Below are positions 63,813-64,000 of a stretch of DNA of 64,000 nt, piece by piece. The notes under the pieces were generated by a model. That model worked only from the letters and a program-made list of their open reading frames with translations, searched no databases and had not been told where the DNA came from. Source of the DNA: Candidatus Korobacteraceae bacterium (lineage in GTDB: Bacteria > Acidobacteriota > Terriglobia > Terriglobales > Acidobacteriaceae); contig JBEKBO010000017.1 of NCBI GenBank assembly GCA_050015355.1, positions 359-64,358 on the forward strand. The letters run 5' to 3'. The translations under genes and the position numbers were made by a program. Every line of letters begins with the position of its first letter. Positions within the stretch are counted from its first letter, which is position 1.

Positions 63813-64000
63813 CTGGTTCCCCCACAAACACCCGCTGGCAAGATTTGGTGTGCACCAGCGTTTGGCCGCGTATCTTACAGCCTGAAGCCGATCCGCGCAA
63901 TCCCATGCCGCCCGGAATCGCGAAAGCGGTTGCCGGTGCCCCGCATCTGCCGCAGTTAGCAGATGTGGGAACTCCCCGGCAAATGCCTGAGCTGGTGCCC

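Noticed and set aside
1-64000. I searched for CRISPR arrays, defence islands, toxin-antitoxin pairs, integrases, transposases and prophage genes.
   Set aside because: I recognised none. There are no regularly spaced direct repeats, and no nuclease/helicase/methylase clusters or small overlapping TA-like gene pairs. The only mobile-like signals are the non-autonomous repeat families reported above.

Overview
GC-rich bacterial chromosomal segment. Gene content and repeat families suggest Acidobacteriota/Terriglobia, but that is my inference and is not verified. I support about 48 protein genes and one cobalamin riboswitch. I found no rRNA, tRNA, CRISPR array, transposase, integrase or recognisable defence system.

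Layout:
- 0-5.4 kb: sugar-type catabolic cluster (PIG-L deacetylase, MFS transporter, three oxidoreductases).
- 5.6-14.4 kb: glycerol-3-phosphate regulon, with glpD divergent from mgtC-glpP-ABC transporter-HAD phosphatase.
- 14.9-24.3 kb: mixed metabolic genes, including a haloacid dehalogenase, a DedA-rhodanese fusion, tandem PPK2 genes, a flavin reductase, two SDRs, an FAH-like protein and a LarA-like protein.
- 24.7-27.8 kb: B12-riboswitch-controlled BtuFCD-like importer.
- 27.9-45.8 kb: envelope and housekeeping core (rne, rodA, mrdA, thiF-like, bamA-like/surA-like/tamB, pcm, engB).
- 46-52.5 kb: classic tig-clpP-clpX-lon block.
- 55-59 kb: LPS/lipid A-related group (ArnT-like GT, kpsF, PagL-like).
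- 59.4-64 kb: a thioredoxin-fold protein, cysS and an acyl-CoA synthetase.

No novel multi-gene system is evident. The unusual signals are regulatory, recoding and architectural:
1. An 84-nt leader with an intrinsic terminator is duplicated in inverted orientation, so it precedes both glpD and the mgtC-glpP operon. It is a candidate GlpP antitermination target.
2. An in-frame TGA splits the rhodanese domain of the DedA-rhodanese fusion (selenocysteine candidate or pseudogene).
3. A LarA-like nickel-pincer-type enzyme carries a Tat-like signal.
4. RNase E has a roughly 600-aa Arg/acidic scaffold inserted inside its S1 domain.
5. Two interspersed repeat families occur, one of which sits in-frame inside two coding genes.
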